From Vallitalea sp. (GTDB taxonomy: Bacteria; Bacillota; Clostridia; Lachnospirales; Vallitaleaceae): a stretch of DNA of 64,000 bases. A model generated the notes under the pieces. That model ran no database searches, had not been told where the DNA came from, and was given only the letters and a program-made list of their open reading frames with translations. The stretch lies in assembly GCA_025210235.1 (NCBI GenBank), contig JAOASG010000034.1, positions 63,922-127,921 of the forward strand, given 5' to 3'. Numbering within the stretch: position 1 is the stretch's first letter; each line of letters begins with the position of its first letter. The translations under genes were made by a program, and so were the position numbers. This document shows positions 21,204 through 31,350 of the stretch, piece after piece.

Positions 21204-24200
21204 ATGAAATACATAGTAGATAAAAGTGTATTTACTAGCTTGGCAAATAATGGATGTAAAAAATATGCAATAAATCTTCTTTCAAAAAAATGGCAAGAAA
21301 GTTTGAAACAATCCAAATGTCAGTGTGGTTCAAATAAAAAAATGATTGAATGTTGTGGAAAAAATAAGAGTATTAATGAAATATTTCATGATTATAATTA
21401 TGTTGAAGAAAAATTAAAAATAAAAATTCCTCACGTTGATAAAGCTCCATTAGCAGCTCATATAAGGCAAGGTGAATATGCTGAAATTAAAAAGATTGAG
21501 GAATTGTCATATTATTATAATATAGGAACTCAATTACTAAATATAAAAAAATCAGAATTAATCAAGCCTTTTTCTAGTTCTGGAGAATTAGATATAACAT
21601 TTAATAAAAATAATTCAGAGCGACTTGGTCGATTAATATTTAAAAGAAAGATAAAAGGTAATGACTTCAAAATTCCTAAAGTGGGAGAAATTTGTAGTAT
21701 TGAGTTGTTTGAAAAGATAATCAGTAATGATAAATATGATTTTTTGTTTCAATTTAAATTTAATGTTAATAAGTATTTTTTTGCCTCTATTATTGGAAAG
21801 ATTGATTTTGAATCTATTTATACAAAATTACCGGATGTAGAGTTTTCAAATTGTATGCCTGATTTAATTCGTATAGTTCGCAAGAATGATGAGAAATATT
21901 ACAATTATAAAGTATTGGATGCTAATATGAATTCCGTTAATTCTAATAACGATAAAATTAAAATCATGGTTTGTGATATAAAAAATTCTGATTTTAGTAA
22001 TAAGTTCTTTGTTGAGTTAGGTCTATATATGTTGGCACTAAATTCTTATATTTATGATAATAATTTAGAAGAAATGGTTGAAGTAGTATCAGAAGGATTA
22101 ATATATCCTGAACTAGAGAATGAGATTGAAGAAGAAAGATTACACAGAATTAAGAATAAGGGAAAAGAATCAATTGCTAAATGGAGAGTAGAATTTTCAT
22201 CAATTAGAGAAGAAATAATAAAAGTATTTAAAGAGAAAATACCTGAATTAATACATATGGTTGAGCAAGGCAAGAGAAAAGATTATACAGAAATTAAAAT
22301 AACGCCAATGTGTACAACATGTGATTACTATGGTGGCCAAAATTCTGCTGAACTTAAAAAATATATAAATAATAATTTAGGAAAAGAACATTTTACATAT
22401 TCAAATATCGAAGAATATCTTAATGATCCAGACAATAACTTCTGTAGATATTGTGTTAAAAATGAAGAAAATATTAATTTGCTTCCGGATATTAATACTG
22501 GTGAAAAAAACACATTAATCAGTAATTCTATTTACAAAATTCGTGATTTAAAAAAAGCGATTCAAATAGATAATGGTATTTTTGATGAGAATATATCTCT
22601 AAAATCCGATAAAAAAATAATTGACATGGGATTAACCCTAAGAGAAAAACAGGAAAATTATACATTGCTAAATAAAAGAACAATAAATTTGCCTAAATTC
22701 TGTAATTTAAAGATATTTATAGATATTCAAAAAAGCTCCAAGGACCAAACGCTATCATTTGCATATAGTATTAATACTATTTATACTGATAAAGAAGGGA
22801 ATAAAATCAATGAAGGAGGATTGCTAAATCCCAAATTATCTATATCATTAATTGATGAATATTCGTTTAGAAATGATATTAAAGAATATCTAGAGTTTTT
22901 ATTTGACATAAATGATGTTTTGATAAACTTTGAAGATGTTGAAAATAAGTATGGTCAGCTAACATATTCATTAATATACTGGGGTCAATCTACTTATGAT
23001 CATATGAAGAAATTATTTCTTGTGATATTTCCTTATCTTAAACGTGATGGAAAAGGAATTGAAGAAATATATATATCTAGTAATGATACAACAATAGAAA
23101 ATAAAAAAAGGAAAATTAAACAGTTAAAAGAAAGGTTTTATACTTTGTTTGCACCTGAAGATGAATTGCAAGATTATCAGATTGTTGAAAAAAGTCCTTT
23201 TTTTGACATGAAAAAAGCCGTTACAGATACTCTTGTAATGAATGCAGATATTAGTCTAACTTTAGAGCAAGTGAATAGTTTGTTATCAAATTATAATTAT
23301 AGTTTTGGATATCATAAACCTGATTCGGATAGCTTTAGTGGATATGTGTATGGGCAAATATGGAATGTTGATAAGACTGGAAAAGAGAAAGATAATTTTA
23401 AAAAAGATATACAAAAGATTATTGAGCAAAGATTAAAGGCAATGATGGGTATTTATATCCATCTATCAAAAAAAGGCTATTTATATGGAGATTCTCCAAC
23501 AATTATTCCTTTGAAAAATAAAAATCTTTTTGGAAACTTTGATATAGCTAATGATTTATATTTGTATCATAAATTAGATAATGCTCATGAGTTAATTGAG
23601 AAAGAAAAAATACATAATGAAGAAATATATAAGAAAAAGATATTGGGTAAGGCTCTTTTTCTAAAGGAAGAAATTATCGGAAATGAAAGAAGTAAAATCT
23701 TAGAAAAATATGATATACCTAATAATGACGAATTTGTTGTATATGAGATTGGTGATGAGTCTGTTGAAACTAAGCTAGATAAAAAGAGTTTATGCTTAAC
23801 CATGTATCCAGAAGAAAAGAATGATTTTATATTTAAGAAGTTTGTACCATTAAAATATAATAACGTTATTTACTATGATGATAAGAAATATCCGATAGAC
23901 TGGGGATATAAAAGGAATCAACGTACGTATAAAAAGGCATTAGAAGTCAAGATACACTTGTTTAAGCGTTTTAATAAGATTATCGTTTTACGAATACCAT
24001 CATTAACTAAAGAGTTAATGAAGATATTGGTGAATGAATATAATTTTGATTTTAGTAGAAATATTATTATTGAATGTTTTCATCATGATTTCTGGGATTC
24101 GGTATTGAAAAGAACGTTGAATAAATTAAAAACTAATAAGGATAAAAGGAAGATGTTAGAGGATTTTGATCTAACTAAAATAAATGACTATTCATCCCAA

Positions 24201-25673
24201 AATATACTTGATGCTTTTAATGAATATTATGATGGGGTAGATATACCATTAGATAATTCGCAAGTAGGAGCTATTATTAAATCTTTAAATTATAACTTAA
24301 CATTGTTATGGGGACCACCTGGTACAGGAAAGACGCATACACTTGTTAACCTACTAGTTGCTTATAATATGCTTAATGATAAGCCTAAGCAAGTATTAAT
24401 AATGTGTAATACATATGACGCATTTGACAATATTATTTCAAAGCTTAGCGAAAACAAGATATTAGATTTTGAAGATATAGAGATTATTAGGTTAAGGAGT
24501 AATTATAGAGCTTCTAAAAAATATGAGTTTAATCATCTTAATTATCTTGATATTGGAAGTGGTGAATATAAAGAGAAGTTAAATGAATTATCTAAAAAAA
24601 ATATAAAACTACAAATAATTGCAAGTACCCCTCAACAGATAGGCAAAGTATTTGGAAACAGGCCACTAAAGAGTGCATTTAATATGGATCTTATTATTGT
24701 CGATGAGGCCTCACAAATGGATGTAGGACACTTTACTCCTGCACTTTTAAAATATAGTAAAGGTACACAAATTGTTTTAGCAGGTGATGATAGACAATTA
24801 CCGCCAATTACCAAAGTAAACCTTGAAAATGCAAAAGAAAATTATTATGGTTCTATATTCAGCCACTACTTATTAATGTTAGGTGATAAACTAAGGGTAT
24901 CATTAAATAATAATAGAAGATCAAATAAGACAATTGTTAATTTCTCTAAATTTACTTTTGATTATGACGATGATTATAGGGCAGTATATGAAAATAGAAA
25001 GATTGGTTTTGATAAAGTAAATAAAAATGATGATGTTTATAGTAAAATTTTGAACCCGAACAACTCTATGGTTCTATTACATTATGATGATGGTAATGCA
25101 AATCAATTAAATAAATTTGAGGCTAAAGAGGTTGTAAATATAATAAGACATATTTGGGATAATGGATTATTAGATGATAACAATAATAGATATAATATTC
25201 AGGATTTCCTTAAAAAAGGTATTGGTGTTGTTGTTCCACATACTGCACAAAGAAGGCATATACAAGATTTGTTAATACAATTATTTATCGATGAGTTACA
25301 TTTGGATAAAGATATAGATAAAGAAATTTTAGCGGATAATATTATATCAAGTGTAGATACGGTTGAACGATATCAAGGTCAGGAAAGAGATATAATGATT
25401 TGTAGCTATGTTCTTGGAGATTTAGATGTAATCAATCAAGAAGAAGATTTTATCTATAGCCCAAATAGATTAAATGTAATGATTTCTAGAGCTAAGGCAA
25501 AAGCAATTATTCTAGCATCAAATGAACTTATCCTAAATATAAGTAATAATTTAGAGATTATAGATGCTCAAAAATCACTAAAAGAACTGTTAAATTATTG
25601 TAATGATGAAATACATAAGATTGGTGAAGGAGAATGGAAAAACAAAAATGGAGTAATTAGAATAAAAAAATAG
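21204..25673 (+). CDS. giant nuclease-helicase: SEC-C Zn motif + RecB/Cas4-like PD-(D/E)XK nuclease with Cys cluster + Upf1/Dna2-like SF1 helicase
   Basis: 1489 aa. N-terminal CQCGSNKKMIECCG (SEC-C-like). MVCDIKNSD and ELGLYMLAL resemble the RecB-family DxK and QxxxY motifs. CTTCDYYGG and NFCRYC form an Fe-S-type Cys cluster. C-terminal motifs: I GPPGTGKT, II IIVDEASQ, III LAGDDRQLPP, and VI-like RYQGQERD / NRLNVMISRA. Confidence 0.7.
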   Translation: MKYIVDKSVFTSLANNGCKKYAINLLSKKWQESLKQSKCQCGSNKKMIECCGKNKSINEIFHDYNYVEEKLKIKIPHVDKAPLAAHIRQGEYAEIKKIEELSYYYNIGTQLLNIKKSELIKPFSSSGELDITFNKNNSERLGRLIFKRKIKGNDFKIPKVGEICSIELFEKIISNDKYDFLFQFKFNVNKYFFASIIGKIDFESIYTKLPDVEFSNCMPDLIRIVRKNDEKYYNYKVLDANMNSVNSNNDKIKIMVCDIKNSDFSNKFFVELGLYMLALNSYIYDNNLEEMVEVVSEGLIYPELENEIEEERLHRIKNKGKESIAKWRVEFSSIREEIIKVFKEKIPELIHMVEQGKRKDYTEIKITPMCTTCDYYGGQNSAELKKYINNNLGKEHFTYSNIEEYLNDPDNNFCRYCVKNEENINLLPDINTGEKNTLISNSIYKIRDLKKAIQIDNGIFDENISLKSDKKIIDMGLTLREKQENYTLLNKRTINLPKFCNLKIFIDIQKSSKDQTLSFAYSINTIYTDKEGNKINEGGLLNPKLSISLIDEYSFRNDIKEYLEFLFDINDVLINFEDVENKYGQLTYSLIYWGQSTYDHMKKLFLVIFPYLKRDGKGIEEIYISSNDTTIENKKRKIKQLKERFYTLFAPEDELQDYQIVEKSPFFDMKKAVTDTLVMNADISLTLEQVNSLLSNYNYSFGYHKPDSDSFSGYVYGQIWNVDKTGKEKDNFKKDIQKIIEQRLKAMMGIYIHLSKKGYLYGDSPTIIPLKNKNLFGNFDIANDLYLYHKLDNAHELIEKEKIHNEEIYKKKILGKALFLKEEIIGNERSKILEKYDIPNNDEFVVYEIGDESVETKLDKKSLCLTMYPEEKNDFIFKKFVPLKYNNVIYYDDKKYPIDWGYKRNQRTYKKALEVKIHLFKRFNKIIVLRIPSLTKELMKILVNEYNFDFSRNIIIECFHHDFWDSVLKRTLNKLKTNKDKRKMLEDFDLTKINDYSSQNILDAFNEYYDGVDIPLDNSQVGAIIKSLNYNLTLLWGPPGTGKTHTLVNLLVAYNMLNDKPKQVLIMCNTYDAFDNIISKLSENKILDFEDIEIIRLRSNYRASKKYEFNHLNYLDIGSGEYKEKLNELSKKNIKLQIIASTPQQIGKVFGNRPLKSAFNMDLIIVDEASQMDVGHFTPALLKYSKGTQIVLAGDDRQLPPITKVNLENAKENYYGSIFSHYLLMLGDKLRVSLNNNRRSNKTIVNFSKFTFDYDDDYRAVYENRKIGFDKVNKNDDVYSKILNPNNSMVLLHYDDGNANQLNKFEAKEVVNIIRHIWDNGLLDDNNNRYNIQDFLKKGIGVVVPHTAQRRHIQDLLIQLFIDELHLDKDIDKEILADNIISSVDTVERYQGQERDIMICSYVLGDLDVINQEEDFIYSPNRLNVMISRAKAKAIILASNELILNISNNLEIIDAQKSLKELLNYCNDEIHKIGEGEWKNKNGVIRIKK

Positions 25674-25818
25674 TATGTCAATAGGATGGAATATTCAATG
25701 TATATATAGTAATATAAAGATGATCTTGACATTGATTTATATATATACTGGATAACAAAGAATAATTGGTGAAAAAGTCTAATAAGCACTAATTTTGAAA
25801 TGATGAAAGGGTGAGAAA

Positions 25819-26748
25819 ATGGCAAATATATATTATGTAAAAGTCAATATAAATTCAGAAATTTATAATGTCTATAAAGGTTATGCGTCTATAAGCAATA
25901 TAATGGATGAGGTATTTGAAAAAATTAATGATGAAGTGGATTATGTTCATACTGTGGTTGGACATAATAAGAAAAATCAAAGGTTTGAAAAAGAGGATAT
26001 ATATAGCTTTTCAGAATTACAAAAATTGAAAGATGATGGTAAAGAGTATATCATAGGTAAAATTAATAGGAGGTATCCTATTTTTACAGAAGAATTTGAT
26101 GAAGAAACAAGAAAATCTAAGCCAATTGTAATTGATAATAATTCTATCAGTATTCAATTCTATTTTGATTTGAAATCAGAGATTATAACATTTTGCAAGA
26201 GAAATAAATTTGGCGAAAAGCAGTTTGCACTAGGATTTGAAGGCTTATTAAATGAAATTATGAGAACACAAGATTTTACCATTTTTTTGATTAAAGATCC
26301 TTTCAGTATAGAAGAAAATTTAAAACTTGCTCATAAAATAGTAAAATTAAAAACTATTACTGTAGCCCCAAACGCTAATGAAGAGGAATTAGCTGAGTTA
26401 TATGATGTAGATGTAAAAGATATGGAAACCGCAAATATACATAGAAAAACAAGTATTTTTGAGAGTTCAGATAAAAATAAAGGATTAAATATTAACTCTA
26501 AACTTATAAAAAGTAGTTTGCATCTTAATAAAGCGTATAAAAACTTTCAACGGGGGTATGGCAAACTTGAATTTGATGCCATATCTGAAGAAGGTTCTGA
26601 ATACCATTATGATTCAGATGAAAATTCTCCATTTATGACACACATTAATGATGATTTGAAAAATAATAAAGAGTATTTTATGAAAGAAAGTAAAATAGGT
26701 ATACAAAGAATTATAACTAAAGAAATAATTGAAGCATATGTAAAATAG
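25819..26748 (+). CDS. hypothetical protein (309 aa), co-oriented with the MTase/helicase pair
   Basis: ORF with an RBS (AAAGGGTGAG). No recognisable domain. The C-terminal half is acidic. Confidence 0.5.
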   Translation: MANIYYVKVNINSEIYNVYKGYASISNIMDEVFEKINDEVDYVHTVVGHNKKNQRFEKEDIYSFSELQKLKDDGKEYIIGKINRRYPIFTEEFDEETRKSKPIVIDNNSISIQFYFDLKSEIITFCKRNKFGEKQFALGFEGLLNEIMRTQDFTIFLIKDPFSIEENLKLAHKIVKLKTITVAPNANEEELAELYDVDVKDMETANIHRKTSIFESSDKNKGLNINSKLIKSSLHLNKAYKNFQRGYGKLEFDAISEEGSEYHYDSDENSPFMTHINDDLKNNKEYFMKESKIGIQRIITKEIIEAYVK

Positions 26749-26765
26749 AAGAATGGAGGATTAGT

Positions 26766-27518
26766 ATGAAAAATGACCACTTAGGATTTAAAGCATTATT
26801 TAATGAATTATATGGTAAAAGTAAAAATCCATTGTTTAAATTTAGCTCATTTGAATGTTATTTTTCTATTATAATTTCAATGATTATATCTTCCTTAGGA
26901 TACTTTATTTATCAAGTTAATGGGATCCAAAATTTTACATCAATTATCAAAAATGTAATTTTAGGATTTGGATTTTCATTAATTGGTCTATTAGGATTTA
27001 TTATAACAGGTTTATCTATCATGATAAGTACTTTTGATAATAAATCTATTGATACAATACGCAAATCAGGTAGATTAATTAGACTAAAATCTATATTATT
27101 TAGTTTCTATTTTATTGGTTTAGTTATAGGAGTTGAAGTATTATTTTCATTTATATTATTTTTTATAGTTTCAATTGATATATCATTTAATATGACTTTT
27201 TACTGGATATCCTGTTTATTATATACTTACGTTGCTAGCTTTGTCTTATTATATTCTGTTTCATTACTAGGAACTTGTTTCCATATGTTTTTTATAAAAT
27301 TTGGTTATCAAGAAAGTAGTAAAAATACATTGCAGCAAGAAATTAATTTTTTACATCTTAAAGTCGATGCTTTATCAAAGATTTTATATGGTAATGATAT
27401 ATATGAATATGATCAATTTATTGAATGCCTAGAGCAAATTATAAATGATGAGTATCCCGAATGTAAAGAGGAGTTATTTAAAAGAATTAATGAATATTAT
27501 AATTTAAAGATTGGATAA
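26766..27518 (+). CDS. integral membrane protein (4-5 TM) with cytoplasmic coiled-coil C-terminus
   Basis: 250 aa, starting 18 bp after the previous gene. Hydrophobic segments (FSIIISMIISSLGYFIY, ILGFGFSLIGLLGFIITGL and others) precede a soluble tail. Confidence 0.5.
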   Translation: MKNDHLGFKALFNELYGKSKNPLFKFSSFECYFSIIISMIISSLGYFIYQVNGIQNFTSIIKNVILGFGFSLIGLLGFIITGLSIMISTFDNKSIDTIRKSGRLIRLKSILFSFYFIGLVIGVEVLFSFILFFIVSIDISFNMTFYWISCLLYTYVASFVLLYSVSLLGTCFHMFFIKFGYQESSKNTLQQEINFLHLKVDALSKILYGNDIYEYDQFIECLEQIINDEYPECKEELFKRINEYYNLKIG

Positions 27519-27699
27519 ATAGAAAACAATAGTTAGAAAATAATTATAAAATTTTATGGATTATTGCTAGTTATAAAACCAATTAACTTAAATGATACTA
27601 AAATACTTGTAGTTACTAAGAAATTACTAAATTTGATATTAAGGATGTATTCCGCTACAATAAAAATTCAACAACTATCTAACAAAAAGAAAAAAGGGG

Positions 27700-27970
27700 G
27701 TACTTTTGCTATTATATTTATGATATTTGAAGCAATATAGGTATTTCCAGTGATGTATGAATTATCGGTCTTAAACGCAGGTATGATTGTTTTCTCAACA
27801 ATTATTTCAGACCAATATGATAGGACTTGGATTACGTGTTTGCTTAGAATGGGGAAGTATCCATAGTAAGGAATTTAACCATTGCTAATATTCTCTTAAC
27901 GTATATTCCTATTGTCGTAGTAATTATTATTGGTTATGTATTTACAGGTTACTATCCAAACAATAATTAA
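27700..27970 (+). pseudogene. frameshifted C-terminal remnant of a membrane (permease-like) protein
   Basis: Two adjacent frames encode …YELSVLNAGMIVFSTIISDQYDRTWITCLLRMGKYP* and …NLTIANILLTYIPIVVVIIIGYVFTGYYPNNN*. There is no start codon or RBS. A hairpin follows at 27996-28030. Confidence 0.3.
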
Positions 27971-28069
27971 AATGCTAATTAAAAATAAGGGTGTAAGCAC
28001 TGGATAATGTAAGTGCTTACACTTTTTGGTATAGCACACTAAGTACTACTAAATAGATATGTATTATTT

Positions 28070-28495
28070 TTAGCCATTTAAACGTTTCAAGTTTTCGTGA
28101 GCTTTTGCTTCAAAATATTGATATAATGGTATTATATCAAATTTCTTAGGAAATTCCAATTTTTTTTCGCTGACAGTGATATTGTTAGCTCTATGATATG
28201 GTGATTTTATAAATGAAATAGTAAGTTCACTATCATCAATACCAGCACCGGCTGTTTCACAGCTCACTTCAAATATTGAATTTAAATAGATTGAATCTGC
28301 TCTCATTTTTTTCCCAGTTGCACCTTGTTTGTCAAAAATTAGAACTCGATGATTAGTTATAACAATAGCATCTCGAATAAGTTTATACCCTGATTTTATT
28401 TCTTCGGTGTCCAATAAATATTGACCATAACTTTTCTCTACATCTTCTTTTGATAATTCTGATAAATTTCCTGCTAGACCTTGAAAAATACCCAT
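28070..28495 (-). CDS. bacterial PH-domain (YdbT/GRAM-like) protein
   Basis: 141 aa. The pattern fits small bacterial pleckstrin-homology-like proteins, recalled from memory. Confidence 0.4.
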   Translation of the reverse strand: MGIFQGLAGNLSELSKEDVEKSYGQYLLDTEEIKSGYKLIRDAIVITNHRVLIFDKQGATGKKMRADSIYLNSIFEVSCETAGAGIDDSELTISFIKSPYHRANNITVSEKKLEFPKKFDIIPLYQYFEAKAHENLKRLNG

Positions 28496-28623
28496 ATTAA
28501 ATCCTCCTTATAATTCTAACATAATATACTACAAAAAAATAACATATATAACATATAATGTCAATAGTTTGTCGAATATAATACAAAAGTTAGTGTAAAG
28601 ATTTAAATTAAAAACAGGATTAA

Positions 28624-29070
28624 TTAATCAACGCTAAATTTATAATAAGATAAAATATCATCATCATATAGATGTTCAAATCCTAATTTGTCTAAAATAT
28701 GTATACTTCTAAGATTTCTATGTACTGCATCTGCATAAATTGTACAAATGCCTAATTCTCTAATGGCATATTCAATTATTAATTGTTCAGCTTCTGTTCC
28801 AAATCCTTTTCCTTTAACAGAATCATTAATTAAATGAATGCTTAGAGTTCCACAGAGATTAACAAAATCAATTCGTTTTAACTGAATTTCACCAATAACT
28901 TTATTATTATAACAAATTGCAAAAAAACGTCTTTTGGTATCTAAAACTTTATTTTGATAATAGTTATCTACTTTTTCCTTATTGTAAATATATATATTAT
29001 ATGTCATTGCTGGGTCTGATATATAGTTTTTATAAAATTCATGGCATCTTTCTAGTGTATATGATCTCAA
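28624..29070 (-). CDS. GNAT family N-acetyltransferase
   Basis: 148 aa with an acetyl-CoA-binding motif (…VKGKGFGTEAEQLII…) in RimJ/RimL-like organisation. Confidence 0.65.
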   Translation of the reverse strand: MRSYTLERCHEFYKNYISDPAMTYNIYIYNKEKVDNYYQNKVLDTKRRFFAICYNNKVIGEIQLKRIDFVNLCGTLSIHLINDSVKGKGFGTEAEQLIIEYAIRELGICTIYADAVHRNLRSIHILDKLGFEHLYDDDILSYYKFSVD

Positions 29071-29260
29071 TACTATTTTTTATCCTATTAATTCTATGTT
29101 AATCACCTCACTAAGATATAGTCTCTTTTATTATTAAATTATATACATTATATTAAACAATATCAATTAATTTTGTTTAGTATAGAGAAAAATCAATTTA
29201 TGGATTATAATAGATACATATATAAGTATATATGACATTTATGAGAAGGAGCTTACAACT

Positions 29261-29746
29261 ATGAATGGTTATGCAATGTATATAATAGCTATAGGTTTGC
29301 TTATTGTATCTTATTATAAAGATAAGAAAAAGACGAAAAAAGCTATGAAGAAGGCTTGGAAGTCATTTAATAATATCCTGCCACAGTTTCTTGGAGTAAT
29401 ATTATTTGTTGGAATATTACTTGCTGTATTTGATACTGAATTTATATCTAAGATAATAGGAGCTAAATCAGGATGGATTGGAGTTGTTGTATCAGCTATT
29501 GTTGGTGCTGTAACACTCATTCCGGGGTTTGTTGCATTTCCTACTGCTGCGATGTTACTACAAAGGGGAGCAGGATATATGCAGATAGGGGCTTTTATTT
29601 CTACACTAATGATGGTTGGAGTAATCACAGCACCTGTCGAGATTAAGTATTTTGGTAAGAAGCTAACAATAATTAGAAATATATTAGCATTTGTTTTTTC
29701 TTTTATTGTTGCCTATATAATAGGAAAGGTGGTAACTAACCTATGA
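29261..29746 (+). CDS. two-component membrane permease complex, subunit 1 (DUF318/permease half)
   Basis: 161 aa, 4 TM. Gly-rich G..G..G.P repeat shared with the next ORF. Confidence 0.55.
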   Translation: MNGYAMYIIAIGLLIVSYYKDKKKTKKAMKKAWKSFNNILPQFLGVILFVGILLAVFDTEFISKIIGAKSGWIGVVVSAIVGAVTLIPGFVAFPTAAMLLQRGAGYMQIGAFISTLMMVGVITAPVEIKYFGKKLTIIRNILAFVFSFIVAYIIGKVVTNL

Positions 29747-30273
29747 AAACTTTAAAAAGGTATACTTTTGCAATTATTATTATAACTACAATAATATTAT
29801 TACTAATATTTAATAGAGATATAGGACTGAAAGCTATAAATATTACGTCTAGTAATCTAAAAGAAATGATTCTTGTAATACCACCTGTTTTTATACTATT
29901 AGGATTATTAGATGTATGGGTTCCAAAAGAAACTATGATGAAGTATATGGGGGAAAAATCAGGTATTAAGGGAATAGTATTATCTATAATATTAGGTTCA
30001 GCAGCAGCAGGACCACTATATGGAGCTTTTCCAGTAGCAGCTGTATTTATGAAAAAAGGCGTAAAGTTTAGTAATGTATTAATATTTATCGGAGCTTGGT
30101 CAACCACCAAAATACCAATGTTTTTATTTGAAATATCAGCTCTAGGATCAAAATTTGCAGTTACAAGATTATTAATTGATATTCCTGGAATAATTATAAT
30201 TGCCTATATTTTAAATGGATTAATAAATAAAGAAGAAGTAAAAAGAATATATGAAAATGCTGAGTTAATGTAA
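29743..30273 (+). CDS. two-component membrane permease complex, subunit 2
   Basis: 176 aa, 4 TM. Overlaps the previous gene by 4 bp. Same internal repeat (…LGSAAAGPLYGAFPVAAVF…). Confidence 0.55.
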   Translation: MKTLKRYTFAIIIITTIILLLIFNRDIGLKAINITSSNLKEMILVIPPVFILLGLLDVWVPKETMMKYMGEKSGIKGIVLSIILGSAAAGPLYGAFPVAAVFMKKGVKFSNVLIFIGAWSTTKIPMFLFEISALGSKFAVTRLLIDIPGIIIIAYILNGLINKEEVKRIYENAELM

Positions 30274-30463
30274 GGTTATCTATATTTTTATTCTGCAAAG
30301 CCATATAATTAGCTTATTTGCATAGAATATTGATGTGGGAAAGTTGAGTAACTAATCTTATTTAAATAAAATAATATCACTAGATAATATTGATATTACT
30401 TAGCACTAAGAATCAAGTAATTCATGAGGAAATATCTATAATATTAATCAGGGAGATGATTTT

Positions 30464-31312
30464 ATGAATTGGGTCAAAGCACTTACAGAGTCTATTGATT
30501 ATATAGAGGATAATCTGACAGAATCATTGAAAATAGAAAAGGTAGCAGGCATTGCAATGTCTTCGCCTTATCATTATCAAAGGATGTTCTATATATTGAC
30601 AGGGTTCACAGTACAAGAATACATTAGAAACAGAAGGCTTTCAATGGCTGCTGTTGACATAGCTACAACTAATATAAAAGTAATTGACTTAGCATTAAAA
30701 TATGGTTATGAATCCTCAGAAGCTTTTTCAAGAGCCTTTAAGAAAATGCATGGTGCTAACCCAACAAAGGTTAAGAAAAATGGAGCAATTGTAAAAACAT
30801 TTCCCAAATTAGTAATTCAAATAACTTTAAAAGGAGATGTACCTATGAATTATAGGATTGAGAGAAAGGAAGCTTTTAATTTCTGTGGTATGACTAGAAA
30901 TATTTCAACTGAAAATGGTGCTAATTTTATTAATATACCTAAATTTTGGCAGGAAGTTTGTGACGAAGGAAAACTTGATAAAATGATGGAAAAAGGTGAA
31001 GATGATAGGTATATTGGAGTATGCATGCCTATGAACCCACAAACAGATAATAGTTTTGATTATATAATTGGAATGTTTTCAAATAATGAAATACCTGAAT
31101 ATGATAATCATGAAGTACCATCAGCTGATTGGGCTGTTTTTGTAGTAAAAGGTTCAATAGAAGAACTTCAAAATACTTGGAAACGTATTTTTTCTGAATG
31201 GTTTCCATCAACTGATTTTCAACACGCTAATTTACCTGAATTTGAGGTGTATTATGGCGATATGCAAAGTCCAGATTTTTTTACTGAAATATGGATTCCA
31301 ATTACTAAATGA
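30464..31312 (+). CDS. AraC family transcriptional regulator with GyrI-like small-molecule-binding domain
   Basis: 282 aa. N-terminal AraC HTH (…YHYQRMFYILTG…SSEAFSRAFKK…) and a C-terminal GyrI-like domain. Confidence 0.7.
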   Translation: MNWVKALTESIDYIEDNLTESLKIEKVAGIAMSSPYHYQRMFYILTGFTVQEYIRNRRLSMAAVDIATTNIKVIDLALKYGYESSEAFSRAFKKMHGANPTKVKKNGAIVKTFPKLVIQITLKGDVPMNYRIERKEAFNFCGMTRNISTENGANFINIPKFWQEVCDEGKLDKMMEKGEDDRYIGVCMPMNPQTDNSFDYIIGMFSNNEIPEYDNHEVPSADWAVFVVKGSIEELQNTWKRIFSEWFPSTDFQHANLPEFEVYYGDMQSPDFFTEIWIPITK

Positions 31313-31350
31313 TGATAGAAGTTTACATGATATAGATTATAATAAAAGTC

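Noticed and set aside
27996-28030. Terminator hairpin GTAAGCACT…AGTGCTTAC assigned to the minus-strand PH-domain gene
   Set aside because: The gene ends at 28070 and the hairpin lies 40 nt beyond, with only a modest U-tract on the minus strand. It may equally be the terminator of the decayed + strand remnant and is left unassigned.
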